Source: Chrysomallon squamiferum
Taxonomy: Eukaryota > Animalia > Mollusca
NCBI GenBank assembly: GCA_012295275.1
Contig: CM022675.1
Span: 17,112,001-17,176,000, forward strand
Length of the DNA: 64,000 bases
Direction of reading: 5' to 3'
Shown here: piece by piece, positions 53,301 through 63,411 of the stretch
Numbering within the stretch: the first letter of the stretch is position 1
Layout of the letters: each line of letters opens with the position of its first letter
Notes under the pieces: model-generated
Databases searched by the model: none
What the model was told of the DNA's origin: nothing
Seen by the model: only the letters and a program-made list of their open reading frames with translations
Program-made: the position numbers and the translations under genes

Positions 53301-55266
53301 CATGGAACTAGGTCAACATTAAGGTAATTAGGTATGTCTACTGTCTTAACTTTTGAACAAGAAATGCCACAGCAAGATAGAATTAAAAAAACACAAACAG
53401 GAAATTAGTTCAGTAGCCACCAAATGAGCAAAGTTGTCATGTTTGTTTAGGTGATTCAAGATGATTTCAGTGAAAACTTGATAAAACTGATTAGGTGCCC
53501 TAACATTTCTCATTAAACCCAAGGCAAAGTTGTCTGTGCCCTCAAAAAAATAAAAATAATAAAATATAAATCTCTGAAAAGTTAATCATATTTTTCATTC
53601 TAAGAAATTATTTTACTAATAGATAGGTGCCAGCTGCTATTGTTAGAAATAGGTTTTCTCTGTAACCGTCAGAACTGGCTGATTTTTCTAACCTTACTGT
53701 TGTAAGTTGTTTTTTGCTTCATTTTCCATTAATTTGGTTTTTTTTTATTAAATACAATGAATCTTAAAAATTAAATTTCTATTGTGAGATTTAAAAATAA
53801 TTTTAGAATATTTGTTCAATTGAAACAAAAAAGGTTGAAAATAAATCTTAGTTGAAACAACAATGTAAATTACAGATTCATAAATCTTTATTAGAAAAGT
53901 TTCAAATTTAATCTGATTACAACTGTTTATTTATGCAAAGAATGAATGAAAGCTATGTCATGAGAATTATATGTGTGTTTGTGAGTATGCATGTGTATAT
54001 ACACACATACACAGATTTCTTAACACTGTGTGAGAGTTTCTTAATGCTGCAGAATAAAGTGACTGTATAAAATGTTCAACATATATATTTTCTTTATTTG
54101 AAATACACACAGTGTATACAGTTATATATACTGGCATGACTTTGAACACTTTTACAACACTGAGAAATTTAAAAATTGACAAACACTTCAAACATATAGA
54201 ATTGTGCCAAATCAAGAAACAAACTGTCATTACAGGTTTTTAATAGTACACTGTGCAGTAGTACATGCATGTGTCTACTGTAAACTGATTAAAAAAATAA
54301 ATTTATAAGATGACTTTCATTAAATAATTAACACAAATAGAAATGACAATTATCAACTATACTAATTTAGATAGCTCTCACAAAATTTATTTACGCATCA
54401 CTACCTGTTTATTTTTATATTTTAATTTTATGTATTTTATCATAAAAATGCATTTAGAAATAATTTTGTCACACATGATACTTTTAAAATTAAATTCAGT
54501 TCCATGTCTTACATAATTGGTAATTTGTTATACATTTATTTTATTTTTTACAGAATTATTTACATAGTTCTTTAATTTAGCAGCTTGTAAATGGTATTAA
54601 ACAACGATGGTTAAAAACATAAAAATGTAAACTATTTACATTTCTAATAATAAAATCAATGAAGAGTATATTTTATTTCACTTTACAAGATCAGAAAAAT
54701 ATATTTTTCAAACAAATAAAATTCATGGATTTCTGTCATTCTTTTATTTTACTTCCAAATTACACAAAAATAGCTATTAATGGTCTCTTGTTGTTGTTAA
54801 TTGTTTGGTGTTTTTTAATTTTTAACTGAAATATATTGCACTCTTCAAAGGTAACAGTCTTTTTAAAGATATAGTTTTGCTATTTACCTTTTGCTATACT
54901 TTATGTTAATGTCAATAAAATTTACAAAACTTTAGTGGGAAAAAAAATAACAACAACTACATAATACCTAGTGTCTATGCATATAAAATGCTATAGTAAT
55001 TCTATACTAAAACTACATTTAAAAAAAATATATATGTTTACATCATTATTTTAAAAGCGTAATTGTTAGTAAATTTATGGTATATACTGTTAATTTTAGT
55101 TCTACAAATGCTTAAATACAATTGTTCATTATTTTATTATTACTGTATCAGTTTAGGACTATAACAAAGTATTGTAACTACCTGAAGGGACAAAATAATA
55201 AAAAAAATATTAAAAAATGATATGTTTGTTGTGTTACACAACCCTTTAATTTGTCTTACCCTCCAT
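1..55266 (-). CDS. KMT2C: Histone-lysine N-methyltransferase 2C/2D (MLL3/MLL4, Trr/Lpt family) ortholog; multi-exon, 3' end (ePHD2-FYRN-FYRC-SET) beyond left edge
   Basis: Manually spliced phase-compatible GT-AG exons (5'->3'): 55266-55260, 52660-52177, 51836-51786, 51218-51013, 50803-50734, 50425-50210, 49726-49599, 48931-48720, 48293-48236, 48022-47845, 46768-46654, 46372-46182, 45881-45764, 45447-45378, 45012-44888, 44648-44526, 44196-44089, 43791-43687, 43253-43149, 42897-42716, 42262-42098, 41672-41560, 41264-41163, 40770-40555, 40142-39981, 39786-39694, 39237-39122, 38673-38460, 38140-38054, 37743-37600, 37406-37287, 36954-36723, 35078-34882, 34366-34293, 34024-33974, 31298-31139, 30674-30576, 30244-29073, 25106-24917, 24709-24605, 24420-24266, 24074-23822, 23048-22845, 22549-20904, 20540-20450, 20156-20090, 19761-19535, 19307-19153, 16695-16540, 15946-15509, 14485-14362, 13837-13760, 13456-13145, 10185-10024, 9782-5229, 4954-4833, 2103-1965, 1621-1313, 823-656, 404-242, 9-<1. 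KMT2C/D hallmark motifs occur in the expected order: CSFCNCGERSLLGQG, PHD fingers, GVGGFVARQRSR, KLEESFPTYLQEAFFGKSLLD, HMG box, FDILKYADPEL, QYEDWL...EQQI, DNNPFSEGFQQRE, LKQLL. Invertebrates have a single KMT2C/D co-ortholog, so the symbol is nominal. Confidence 0.95.
1024..1238. repeat. A/T-only low-complexity tract (AAAT/AAAAAT-like)
   Basis: About 200 nt almost devoid of G/C in an intron. Confidence 0.85.
5229..9782 (-). CDS. KMT2C: KMT2C/D giant exon (4554 nt) encoding a Ser/Pro/Met-rich disordered region plus a Cys/His repeat array
   Basis: Single open frame (1515-aa ORF in the track), aaataaag acceptor at 9783, G|gtaag donor at 5228, phase 1-1 compatible with the flanking exons. Confidence 0.92.
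8160..8946 (-). repeat. Coding tandem repeat, 13 units of 60/63 nt encoding KCxDG[IV]HCGTDDE...
   Basis: Directly visible: four 20-aa units, seven 21-aa units, two further units, and one degenerate copy (ICNDETHCGTDNE) at ~8025-8070. Confidence 0.97.
13225..13412 (-). repeat. Coding heptad repeat, 9 x 21 nt (F[ED]G[SP]RP[PAHS])
   Basis: FEGSRPP FEGPRPA FEAPRPH FEGARPP FDVPRPP FDGPRPS FDGSRPP FDGSRPP FEGPRPG in exon 13456-13145. Confidence 0.93.
16540..19307 (-). CDS. KMT2C: KMT2C/D coiled-coil exons (19307-19153, 16695-16540)
   Basis: QYEDWLTKQAQFLDMQIKLLEQQIQKQKRAKKTIQARQRQ|AKKVGNELNPSD...LQKQLESLRKQQRQH is the conserved KMT2C/D coiled coil. Confidence 0.92.
17341..19030. repeat. Intronic ~180-bp minisatellite array with one inverted copy (fold-back)
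   Basis: The core atccatcaaatagaatttaaatttttctgaattatcaatcaaaatgcc recurs 9 times (~17621, 17772, 17954, 18130, 18317, 18498, 18683, 18865, 18976). Its reverse complement lies at ~17341-17550. Units contain TATG/TG microsatellite spacers. Confidence 0.95.
19087..19137. repeat. (CA)n microsatellite
   Basis: Perfect CA run next to the donor of exon 19307-19153. Confidence 0.95.
20904..22549 (-). CDS. KMT2C: KMT2C/D large exon (FDILKYADPEL ... LLDELLEQ)
   Basis: 1646-nt open exon with conserved FDI..Y.DPEL and LLDELL (LxxLL) motifs and canonical splice sites. Confidence 0.92.
29073..30244 (-). CDS. KMT2C: KMT2C/D large Pro-rich exon with DPY-x-x-P-x-TP repeats
   Basis: 1172-nt exon with DPYAHPPNTP, NPYLHPPGTPR, DPFASAPGTP and DPYSHQPGTPQP, resembling the DPYxxPPxTPRP repeats of vertebrate KMT2C. 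Confidence 0.9.
32302..32339. repeat. (TG)n microsatellite
   Basis: Perfect TG run in an intron. Confidence 0.95.
33974..35078 (-). CDS. KMT2C: KMT2C/D HMG box (exons 35078-34882, 34366-34293, 34024-33974)
   Basis: KWEADEALGLNATISSILYVNMNHPELKTEYTDWPERAKQIAKLWRKLTPEEKQPYLAKARKNR matches the KMT2C/D HMG box. Confidence 0.95.
35324..36538 (+). mobile_element. Decayed DNA transposon (ISL2EU/PIF-Harbinger-like) with TIRs, THAP relic and DDE-like fragment
   Basis: Left end gaggtatttcacat(cccactgcgcatg) and right end (cgtgcacaatagga)atgtgaaatacctc form a 14-bp perfect TIR with an imperfect extension. Internal frameshifted THAP motifs: MGGHDHCSVTNCSN and LRVCSAHFLGGKP...YTPILNMGW. QQSKYSGYKWHHLKDL resembles the Harbinger/ISL2EU YSxYKxHxTxKxL motif. 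Confidence 0.75.
35444..35610 (+). pseudogene. Frameshifted, internally deleted THAP zinc-finger coding relic
   Basis: The C-x-V-x-x-C-x-N N-terminus is in one frame and RVCSAHF...P in another; the central THAP segment is missing. Confidence 0.7.
41560..43791 (-). CDS. KMT2C: KMT2C/D second PHD-finger cluster (exons 43791-43687, 43253-43149, 42897-42716, 42262-42098, 41672-41560)
   Basis: FTLDQDVCKSCGAFGRGEEGKMIVCTQCGQCYHPYC; GWRCLDCTVCEGCG...LLLCDECDISYHTYCLDPPL...WKCKWC; CPAC...IIQCINCDRWLHSLC...YHCLFC. Confidence 0.96.
45764..48022 (-). CDS. KMT2C: KMT2C/D first PHD-finger cluster (exons 48022-47845, 46768-46654, 46372-46182, 45881-45764)
   Basis: CVQC...CTNCGDHYHGNC...GWQCPNCKICQTC; MLVCDICDKGYHTFCL...GWKCKNCRICTDC; CPLCGK...CNKCKKFVHSEC...YVCSVC. 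Confidence 0.95.
48236..50425 (-). CDS. KMT2C: KMT2C/D extended PHD1 (4 exons: 50425-50210, 49726-49599, 48931-48720, 48293-48236)
   Basis: LCSFCNCGERSLLGQGEL...GHCWSHHCCAAWSEGV...KCSYCRRFGATIPC...FHYPCASAGGCFQD...LLCGEH matches the KMT2C/D ePHD1 pattern. Confidence 0.93.
52177..52660 (-). CDS. KMT2C: KMT2C/D exon, acidic N-terminus with AT-hook-like motif (RRGPGRPRK)
   Basis: Open frame with tttgtag acceptor and CG|gttagt donor; contains the GRP AT-hook core. Confidence 0.85.
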
Positions 55267-55429
55267 TTAGAACTGCAGATGTTTTCTGTGACAAGTGATT
55301 TTATCAGGTCTTGACACTGAATCCATGTCGGATGGCTTTAGTCAGGAATACACACCAAGCCAGCCGACTGAATTTTTGCTTTTTGCAAGTCTTTGCTTGA
55401 CCCAGCTGGCCACACCGGGAATTTTACAC
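55260..55429 (-). CDS. KMT2C: KMT2C/D start-codon exon (5'UTR plus ATG GAG G, coding 55266-55260)
   Basis: Acceptor ttctatcatag before 55429 and donor G|gtaag at 55259. ATG GAG G splices in frame to 52660 (MEANSEPLSEIPGG...). Confidence 0.7.
55267..55326 (-). other. uORF (19 aa, MDSVSRPDKITCHRKHLQF*) in frame with and abutting the KMT2C/D start codon
   Basis: ATG at 55326; TAA at 55269-55267 is immediately followed by ATG at 55266. Confidence 0.6.
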
Positions 55430-55643
55430 CTATGATAGAAAACAAGCAAATAATAACATTCAGAGAGATAGAAAAAAGATTGAAACTAAAAGATACAATA
55501 AGCAAGCCAAATAACAACAAACCAGTACTATGAAACAAAGCTAATTATACAAATTACGCCAAGCACAGCGGCATCTTTGTCCACATTGATTGAGGGCAAA
55601 CATGAAACAAGCGAGATGCAAAACACAGTCAAGCAATACCTAC

Positions 55644-57380
55644 CTAAATAGATTATGGAATTTACAAAAAAAAAATAGCACTGAAAGTTAGAGCTGTAAT
55701 TAAATTTCGTAAAAATTTAGAAACTGTAACGTTATAGTATTATTTAGTCCTATAATTCAACGGGAGAATAATCCCTGCACAAAACTTCAAGTTCGAGAGT
55801 CGCCATGTTGGCCTTTTTACACATTGTATATTTTCTATTAAAAAATAGTCCAATGATCAATATCTTTGATAGCATAAAATAACAAATATTTCCAATGTAA
55901 AAAAGAAAGCTAACTAATTTCGTCATTTATAATTATGTTCAGGCTATAAAGAATTTCATATACTTAGTACGAATGCTTGACCTCTTTAATACGCGTATTA
56001 ATATACCAAGGTGCGTGTTTGTGATTAGATGCAAAGGGGGGGATTCCGATAGTAGTTAGCGAAAGGGGGTTGGGCATTACGTTAAAATGAATAGGGAAAG
56101 AGCAGGGTATAAAGACAACCAAATGCAAATCTTAGTATATTAATGTTATTTTCTCCAGGTTTGGTAGTTTCACAATAAGATGGAATATTCATATTAATCT
56201 AACGCCATTAATTCATGAATATTTATTTGAATAAGTCGAGCTCGCTTGACCCAGATTTCATTCTCTAGAGAACCCGTTAGATTTACTAAGTTGTTGAAAG
56301 CACGGGCCGGGATAAAATTCGGACTAGAATTAATGACGATAGCATTCACTTTATTATTATTATTATTGCTTGAAAATTTAGTAATATAAAACAAATTACT
56401 ATGGATTTATTATTAACGAAGAAAATCATTATTTTAATTCATAAATTGTCCTCGTTGTGCTATATAATATTACAAGCTATAGTGAAAAATAAAGTATTGT
56501 CCAAGATAACAAATCATAAATTATAATTAGCTAAGACTCAAATGAAATTGGTGTGCAAGCATAACGTAAATTAGTATTCAAGTGATGACCGATTTAATAT
56601 AATAACCTCCATCCCACTGCGCGAAAATAGTTGTGCTTAATCAAATTATTCTCAAAAATATGAAAATCTCTCTCTCTCTCTCTCTCTCTCAACTGATTGA
56701 TGTAAATTGTCAATAATTAGCATAAACTCCCAAAAATGTATTCATTTCCTGCATATTTTGCACAACAACAGCAACAACAACAAAAACAACAATAATAATA
56801 ATAAAATTAATTAGGTTTTGTAGGTAATTTCTTAAAGTTCAGTTGAGTTGTTCGTGCGTGATTGCTGAATAAATGTGTGGGTGTGTGTGCGTATTTTTCA
56901 AGAAATGACATCGGGTTCTGTCGAATTTTGAAATGTAAATACTTTTGGAAACAGAAGTCTTTAACTGGGTTAAAATTTCCTAATTGTTTGAGTCTACAGT
57001 AAGTATACACTATACTATATGTATTTATTTTTATTCATTTCTTGCGTTCTCAGATCGCAGTTAGAACATATGGATGTACTGATTTTTATAATCAGTAAAA
57101 AGTTTTAATCCTGATTTGTTACTTTAATTATAAGAAAAGTAACGATTCAAATCCTAAATAAAGCCATCGCTATACTGTCGCATATAACTATCATTTCTAT
57201 TTATTTTCATACTAAATCTAACCGGATGCAGTTGTTCACTGCGGCCCTGCAATTTTCAGAAAACGTTGCGCATGGCAGGCCGCATGCTGGAAAGTTATTT
57301 GCGTGTTATTGCCAGTTTTGGCTTTTGTGATTATTTGGTGATACATTTCAGACATTGTAATTGTGTGTTGAAAGTTAATC
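55644..57380. promoter_or_regulatory. Divergent (head-to-head) promoter region for KMT2C/D and CDV3, including a probable non-coding KMT2C/D exon 1 (~55810-55644)
   Basis: The two genes start back to back. CpG dinucleotides are visibly more frequent here than in the gene bodies. YY1-like GCCATGTT at ~55802, NRF1-like GCGCATG at ~57268, and a donor-like TAG|gtaggt at 55643 on minus. Confidence 0.6.
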
Positions 57381-59769
57381 ATGGCAGAGACAAATCTTGA
57401 CGATTTCTTCGCGAAGAAAGATAAAAGTAAAAAGAAATCGAAGTCGAAAAGCTCGCCCATTGACCGACCCAGTATTTTTGGTGACTTTGAGAAACAAGAA
57501 ACAGAAAAACCAAAAAAAGAAAAAAAGAAGAAAGATAAAGAGAAATCTCAAAAGACACAGAGTTCTTCAAGTTCCTCTGGTCTCACCTGCTCGTTAATTC
57601 AACAGGTTCTAAATTTATTGTTACGTTTAAGAAAGCGAATTAAAGAACCGTATGGCTTTACGGCTTAAACTTGTTAAAGCTGTTAATAACTTCGTTATTG
57701 TTAAGACTTAAGCAGTTAAGATGTTAAGACTGTATTATAATTTATAATAATAAGTTGCCATAACTGTTTTAATACTCATATTTTTATACTAATAATTGGT
57801 GAACTATGTAACTTATAAGATCTGACAAATTTAAAAACTAAATGATCTCTTTTGAAATTTATTATTTTATCAGATAATTTAATATTTGTAACAGTAATAA
57901 AAAACAAAAAAAAACAACAACAAAAAACCACTAAACATGCATTCAAAATAACATAGTTTTTTAACACTTAGACAAAGTGAAATTAATTAAAATATACTTT
58001 CTTTGTTTTCAGGAAGATGATGAATGGAAAGATTTTGAAGAAGAAAAAGAAAAGGATTATTCTGGCCTCAGAATACAAAATTTACAGATAATAAGGTAAT
58101 ATTTTAACATATCTCTGGATTGTTCATCCCTTCTGTCTTTTAAATGTTTAAACGTGTTAAAGTACAGTTGTCAAGATTGGTGCTTGCACATTTTCTGGAC
58201 TGTTTACTGGTGGGAATGGGCATTATGAAAAGATTTCACTGTTATATTCTGCCATAACTGAATTGTAAGTGTCAGCTGCATTTTGATGCAAATGTTATTT
58301 CATTCTTTGTTACATTGATCTGAATGTTGTAGTTTGTTATATTATTTGTGTATCATGTGTAAAGACTTGTTTGTTTCCATAAGCTTACATAAAAATTGTT
58401 GTAATATTTGGACAGTTAATCCTTTGTAAATAACAGCTGTAATAAAAATTTGGAAACTTGAGGGGTCAGAACCGTAATTGATCACTGAATTAAACACAAC
58501 CCTACTCGCATGACGTCAGTTAGCTTTCAGGCAGAGCAAGAAGTGTGATTGCTTATTCCAAATATAAAACAAACCAAAACCAAATTTTGTTTGCTTTACA
58601 TATATTATAAATTTAAATACAATAGTTCAAAACAACAGTCAGATATAGCATTCATGATTGTTGCTTGTTAAGGAAAGCCATCTGCTACTGAACATAACCG
58701 TTCATTTAAAAATAGCAATTCATAAACATATATCTTTGATGTAGAAAATACAATTTTTTTGGAGATACACTTTTACAGGACCATATGATAATCCAGTGTT
58801 ACATTTAAAGTCCATTCAGTGAATTGATAAAAGTTATTTTTATTCTTGTTTACAGTAAGGAGGAAGAGGAAGAAGAAGAGGAAGATGTAGAAGGAGAAGA
58901 GGGTGAGGTAAAAGAAAGGAAAGGTGGTAGCCAGGTTCCTTGGTTGCAGACCACACAGTCATCAGGTAATTGAAAAAATTCAGTTTTGGAATTGTACATC
59001 TCAACTGTGGCGATTTAGTTTACTTTCTTCAATTCAGTTTTTTATCTGGATTTGTTTTTAATTATTTTATCAAAATTTCAATAGGTCAAATAAGCGTTTT
59101 GAAATGAAACAAACCATCTGCTTAATACTTTAAATTTAAATTTTATTATTTCAGCACAGCCACAAAGGCCACCATCTCCTATAAAAGAGGAAGACAGACC
59201 AGCAGAAGAGGCAACTCCTCAGCAGCCTAAGAAATATGTTCCACCAGGTGCCCGTGCTGCAATGGCTAGTGGTGGATCTGCTGATCGTTTGAGCTCAAGA
59301 AAGAAGAAAGAAGCTCCAAATATAAGTAGCGAGCAAGATTTTCCAACACTAGGAGGGCGTTCTGAATCGTAAGCAAGATGAATGTTTTAGATAATGTATG
59401 AAAAAAGTTTTATTGTAGGAAACTTTTAATTGTTTTGTTCTCTTACAGAATTTGTTAGATTCATTTAATGTTTTAAAATATGTATTCATTTAATTTACAT
59501 AGTAACATTACAGATTTATCTATAGGATGCTGTATACTGAATTTTATTGGACATTTTTTTCTGTATTAAATGTTTTCATGTCATTTTATACATTAACATG
59601 TTTATATATATTTATCTGACACAGGGTAGCCATTTAGTTTTGTTTTGCTGCTATTTACAGAAATCGAAGTAATCCAGAATTACAGTCTCAGACATTTGGA
59701 AGCTCATCTCAGCGTGCTCGTGCTCCTCAGCTTAGCCTGGAAAATAAATTCTCTGCACTACAAGACTAA
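57381..59769 (+). CDS. CDV3: Protein CDV3 homolog, 5 exons (57381-57605, 58013-58095, 58856-58965, 59155-59368, 59661-59769), 246 aa
   Basis: Family motifs LDDFFAKKDKSKKK, DEWKDFEE..DYSGLRIQ, PW, YVPPGAR, APNISSEQDFPTL and PQLSLENKFSAL*. All junctions are GT-AG and phase-compatible (total 741 nt). Confidence 0.93.
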
Positions 59770-61864
59770 ATCTGTGTATTATTTGCCATATTTGTTCTTC
59801 TTGTTATGAAATATTTATGTAATTATGATCTTTTTTGCATGCTTATGATGATATTGTTGTGAACAGTTTCACTACCTGAATCATTCTGGAGTTTGTATTG
59901 TCTTAATCATTGTTAAAAACTTGCTTTTAATCACACTTAATGTGTGTATGTAACAAAACTAATAGAAATAACTATGCATGATACTAAAATAGTTAATATA
60001 TGTACAGTGTCCATGGAAATGAATTTATTTTTCTTGTGATAATGTTAATCATAATTTATATCAAAAGAAATGTTATGGTGGGAGGGAATAAAAATTTCAC
60101 AATATATGCATTGACTACTAAACATAATAGAAAAATAACAATGAAAGTAAATTCTAATACAAATAATAAATCAGTTATACTAAGTAACAAACTGAACCTG
60201 TAACTGAGATAGCCTATGCATTTCAAGTACTGATTAGATATTGAACTATATTAAAACATGGATTTAAAGGAAACAAATTTGTACCAAATTTTAAGTTGAA
60301 TTGGGAAAATAATGATAAATTTAAAAATTTGAATGTCGTAATAATCACTGCTCACAACATTATTCATGATTTTCCCAAAACGTCTATGCTTATTTTTATT
60401 GCATTTGCTGATAAATTATTAGGCTGTATATAAGAAAGAGTAAAGTAATAATTTTGACTTCAGTCAGATATTGATATGTGTGTGTGCATGTAGATATTTA
60501 CTTATATATGTATTTAAAGTTGTTTTTGCTAACTGGTTTAACCAATCATCTAAACAGACCAAATGTACGACAGCCATAATTTAAGGTATAACAGAAATTA
60601 CACAATTTTAATTGTGACGATGTTAATATTTGAGTCCATATGAGAATGCATTATTTTTATGCAGAGCAGTTGATGGATGTGAATTTGTGAAATTTTGATA
60701 CAAGCTGCTGTACTCGTGTAAAGTCACAGTTTGTAATTAGTTAACCATGATTAGAATATACATTTTGTGTTAATGTGATAATCCAGCCAGATTTGCAAAT
60801 TTTGTTTTGGGTGAATTATCCATCAGCAAATCATTATTTGCATTGTTCAATACAAAATTATAGAAATCATTTTACAGACTACCATACCAATTATTGTCTT
60901 AATGATTATTAAAATTAACATTGTAATAAAATTTGTTATTGTATGTAATCTCGTGAATAATATAATTGTTTATATCTGACAGCATAACACTGATAATTTA
61001 AAATTATTATTAAAATGTGTAAATTATTTTATCATTTATGTAGAGAATTATTCCTTTGTTAAAAAAGCCTGCTGGCTTGTTAAAAAAATCTTATCTGATT
61101 AATGTCTGAAGTATTTCTCTTTCTCTGTAATAAGGTGCAGATGTCAACCTGGCCCGTTCTTTAAATTAAAACCTCTATAAATACTAGAACTCAGGAAGTT
61201 TTTTTCAGGTTTCAATTTTCTTATGGTAACCATTGTTGCCTTATCATTTTCAGGTTTTTGATTTGCCTTTGATATGTTTCCATGGTTATTAATCTGTCTT
61301 TATCAAACCTAGGATATGCATTCATGACATACGATACATAAATAGATATTCCAGAAGTCAAGTTTTCATTTCTTCCCATATAAATTCTGTCTTTGAAAGC
61401 AAGATTTCTTTTTTCTCCACTGATGATTATATTGTTCAAATTTTTTTAAATTTTATTAATAAAAGTAAAATAATTTTATATGAAAAATATTTATATTTTA
61501 CCCAGAGATAGATTTTCATAAATACAGCAGTTCTGTAAAACTTGGTTTATCTTCATAGTGCTATCATTTTCATTCTGAAAGCAAATCTATATAATTTGGT
61601 TCATCCTTTTTTTTTTTTTTTTTTTTAATTTTTGGATACCAGATTCAAACTTTTAAACTGACGTTGGGATTGATATTAGCACTGCCTTGTAATTTAAAAC
61701 TGCATACATTTTTTAATGTTTACATTACTGTAACACCACCTATTTTAATAATAATTTTCTTCTGTAATACAATGTAATACAGATGTTGCTTAATCCAAAT
61801 AATTCTATCTTATTGGGTTTTGTTGACTTGAAATATGTTTAGATTTTCTTTTCATTTACAAATA

Positions 61865-63093
61865 GCCTATTATCAATAAATAAGATGAAATTATTTCAAA
61901 AAGAATATACAGATGTATAATTTTTAAAAATTACTTTTTTCTTAACAAATTGATCTGTGACAATATATAACAAACATGATATAAATTTATTATGTGAATT
62001 ATTTCAGACTATTTTCTCCAAACAAAGGGGTTTTTTTTAACACTTTATGCTGTATATATTTTCAAACATTCTTTTGGGAAAAAAAAAAAATAACCATCCA
62101 ATGGAAAATAAACTGATCTTTTGCATAAAATTCTTTTGTCTTTTATGTGAAACATTTATGACTGCACCTATCTAATACTGGATGCATGAAATTTGTAACT
62201 GTTGTGTGAATAGAATTTTCATTAAGAAGTGAAAGAAGAACCATCAGCTGGCAAAATGTAGGTGCAATTTACATACAGAATTTATCCAGTGCACACTTTT
62301 CTGTGTACCTTTTAATTGTTTCATTTAAATGATTTTTTTAATATAATCATTTAAAGCTTTTCATTTGTGTGCTTTTAAAAACATTTGTCAAGGCACTGTC
62401 TACACTGTATTGTATTTGTACATGCATATTAAACTGGCATGATGTTAGATGTAGCTGTCTTACATTCGACTATTTGATTAGCAAGTATGTTTCTATTTTT
62501 GTTAACATTCATTCCTGGTCTAAAATTATTCTGATTAATAACATAAAAAATTATATTTTTAAATTATTAATGATATATATAAAAATTATAAACAAAAGTT
62601 TACGTCAGAAATTCCCTGATATACTGTTAACATAAAATACATTTTTTTTTTTTTTTTTTTTTTAAATGGAAACTTAATTACTGATTACATATTTATTACA
62701 CAACTACCCAATTCCATGTGTGATATTGGCATTTCATTCATTCAAGTATCATCTTGATCAAATATCTTCTGGATCTGACAGATCCTCACTGGAACAGAAA
62801 AAGAAAACTAGATACAAAATCAAAATTTTATTTTCTATAACATAAACAAAAAATAAAAAGTTGATTGATATGGTACAAGTATTAAAAAGTTATGTATAAG
62901 ACTAGATGGTCACTCCTTTGTTATAATACTGTTATTTGCTTTATAGTTCTGTCAGAATATGTTTCACAATTTTATTATCAATAACTGAATAAGCAAGATA
63001 AAATTATTACAAAAAGAATATACAGATGTATAATTTTTAAAAATTACTTTTTTCTTAACAAATTGATCAGTAACAATATATAACAAACGTGAT
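61865..63093. repeat. Dispersed direct repeat of ~110-120 bp (copies ~61865-61980 and ~62972-63093)
   Basis: aaaaagaatatacagatgtataatttttaaaaattacttttttcttaacaaattgatc is identical in both copies, with similar flanks. Confidence 0.85.
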
Positions 63094-63411
63094 TATCTGG
63101 TAACCCTAGAAGTTGTTATGATTAAAAAGGTACAATAATAAGTTTTTGGGTTTGTATTATTTCATAATTAAAATGTTTCTAACAATGATTTCTGTTCAGT
63201 TATTTCTTTGGAGAAGTAATGCACCTTGATAGTAAATCATAAAAATATCTACAGCTTGTTGTGTAAAACATAATAATATATCATAAATGTGTACACTAAA
63301 ACATATTAATAATTTGATTTTTTTTAAAAACTGTAAACAATAACAATTATCTACTCTTGACTGCATAAATTAAAGCAACATTTTAATTTATTTCTAAAGA
63401 AACGGCCATAT

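Noticed and set aside
52968-53545. 84-aa plus-strand ORF and catgg/gtgccc-rich block in KMT2C/D intron
   Set aside because: No recognisable domain, splice structure or TIR; possibly an old repeat, but unsupported.
57606-57668. Read-through tail of the 95-aa ORF as a single-exon CDV3
   Set aside because: Conserved CDV3 motifs continue in downstream exons after the CAG|gttcta donor.
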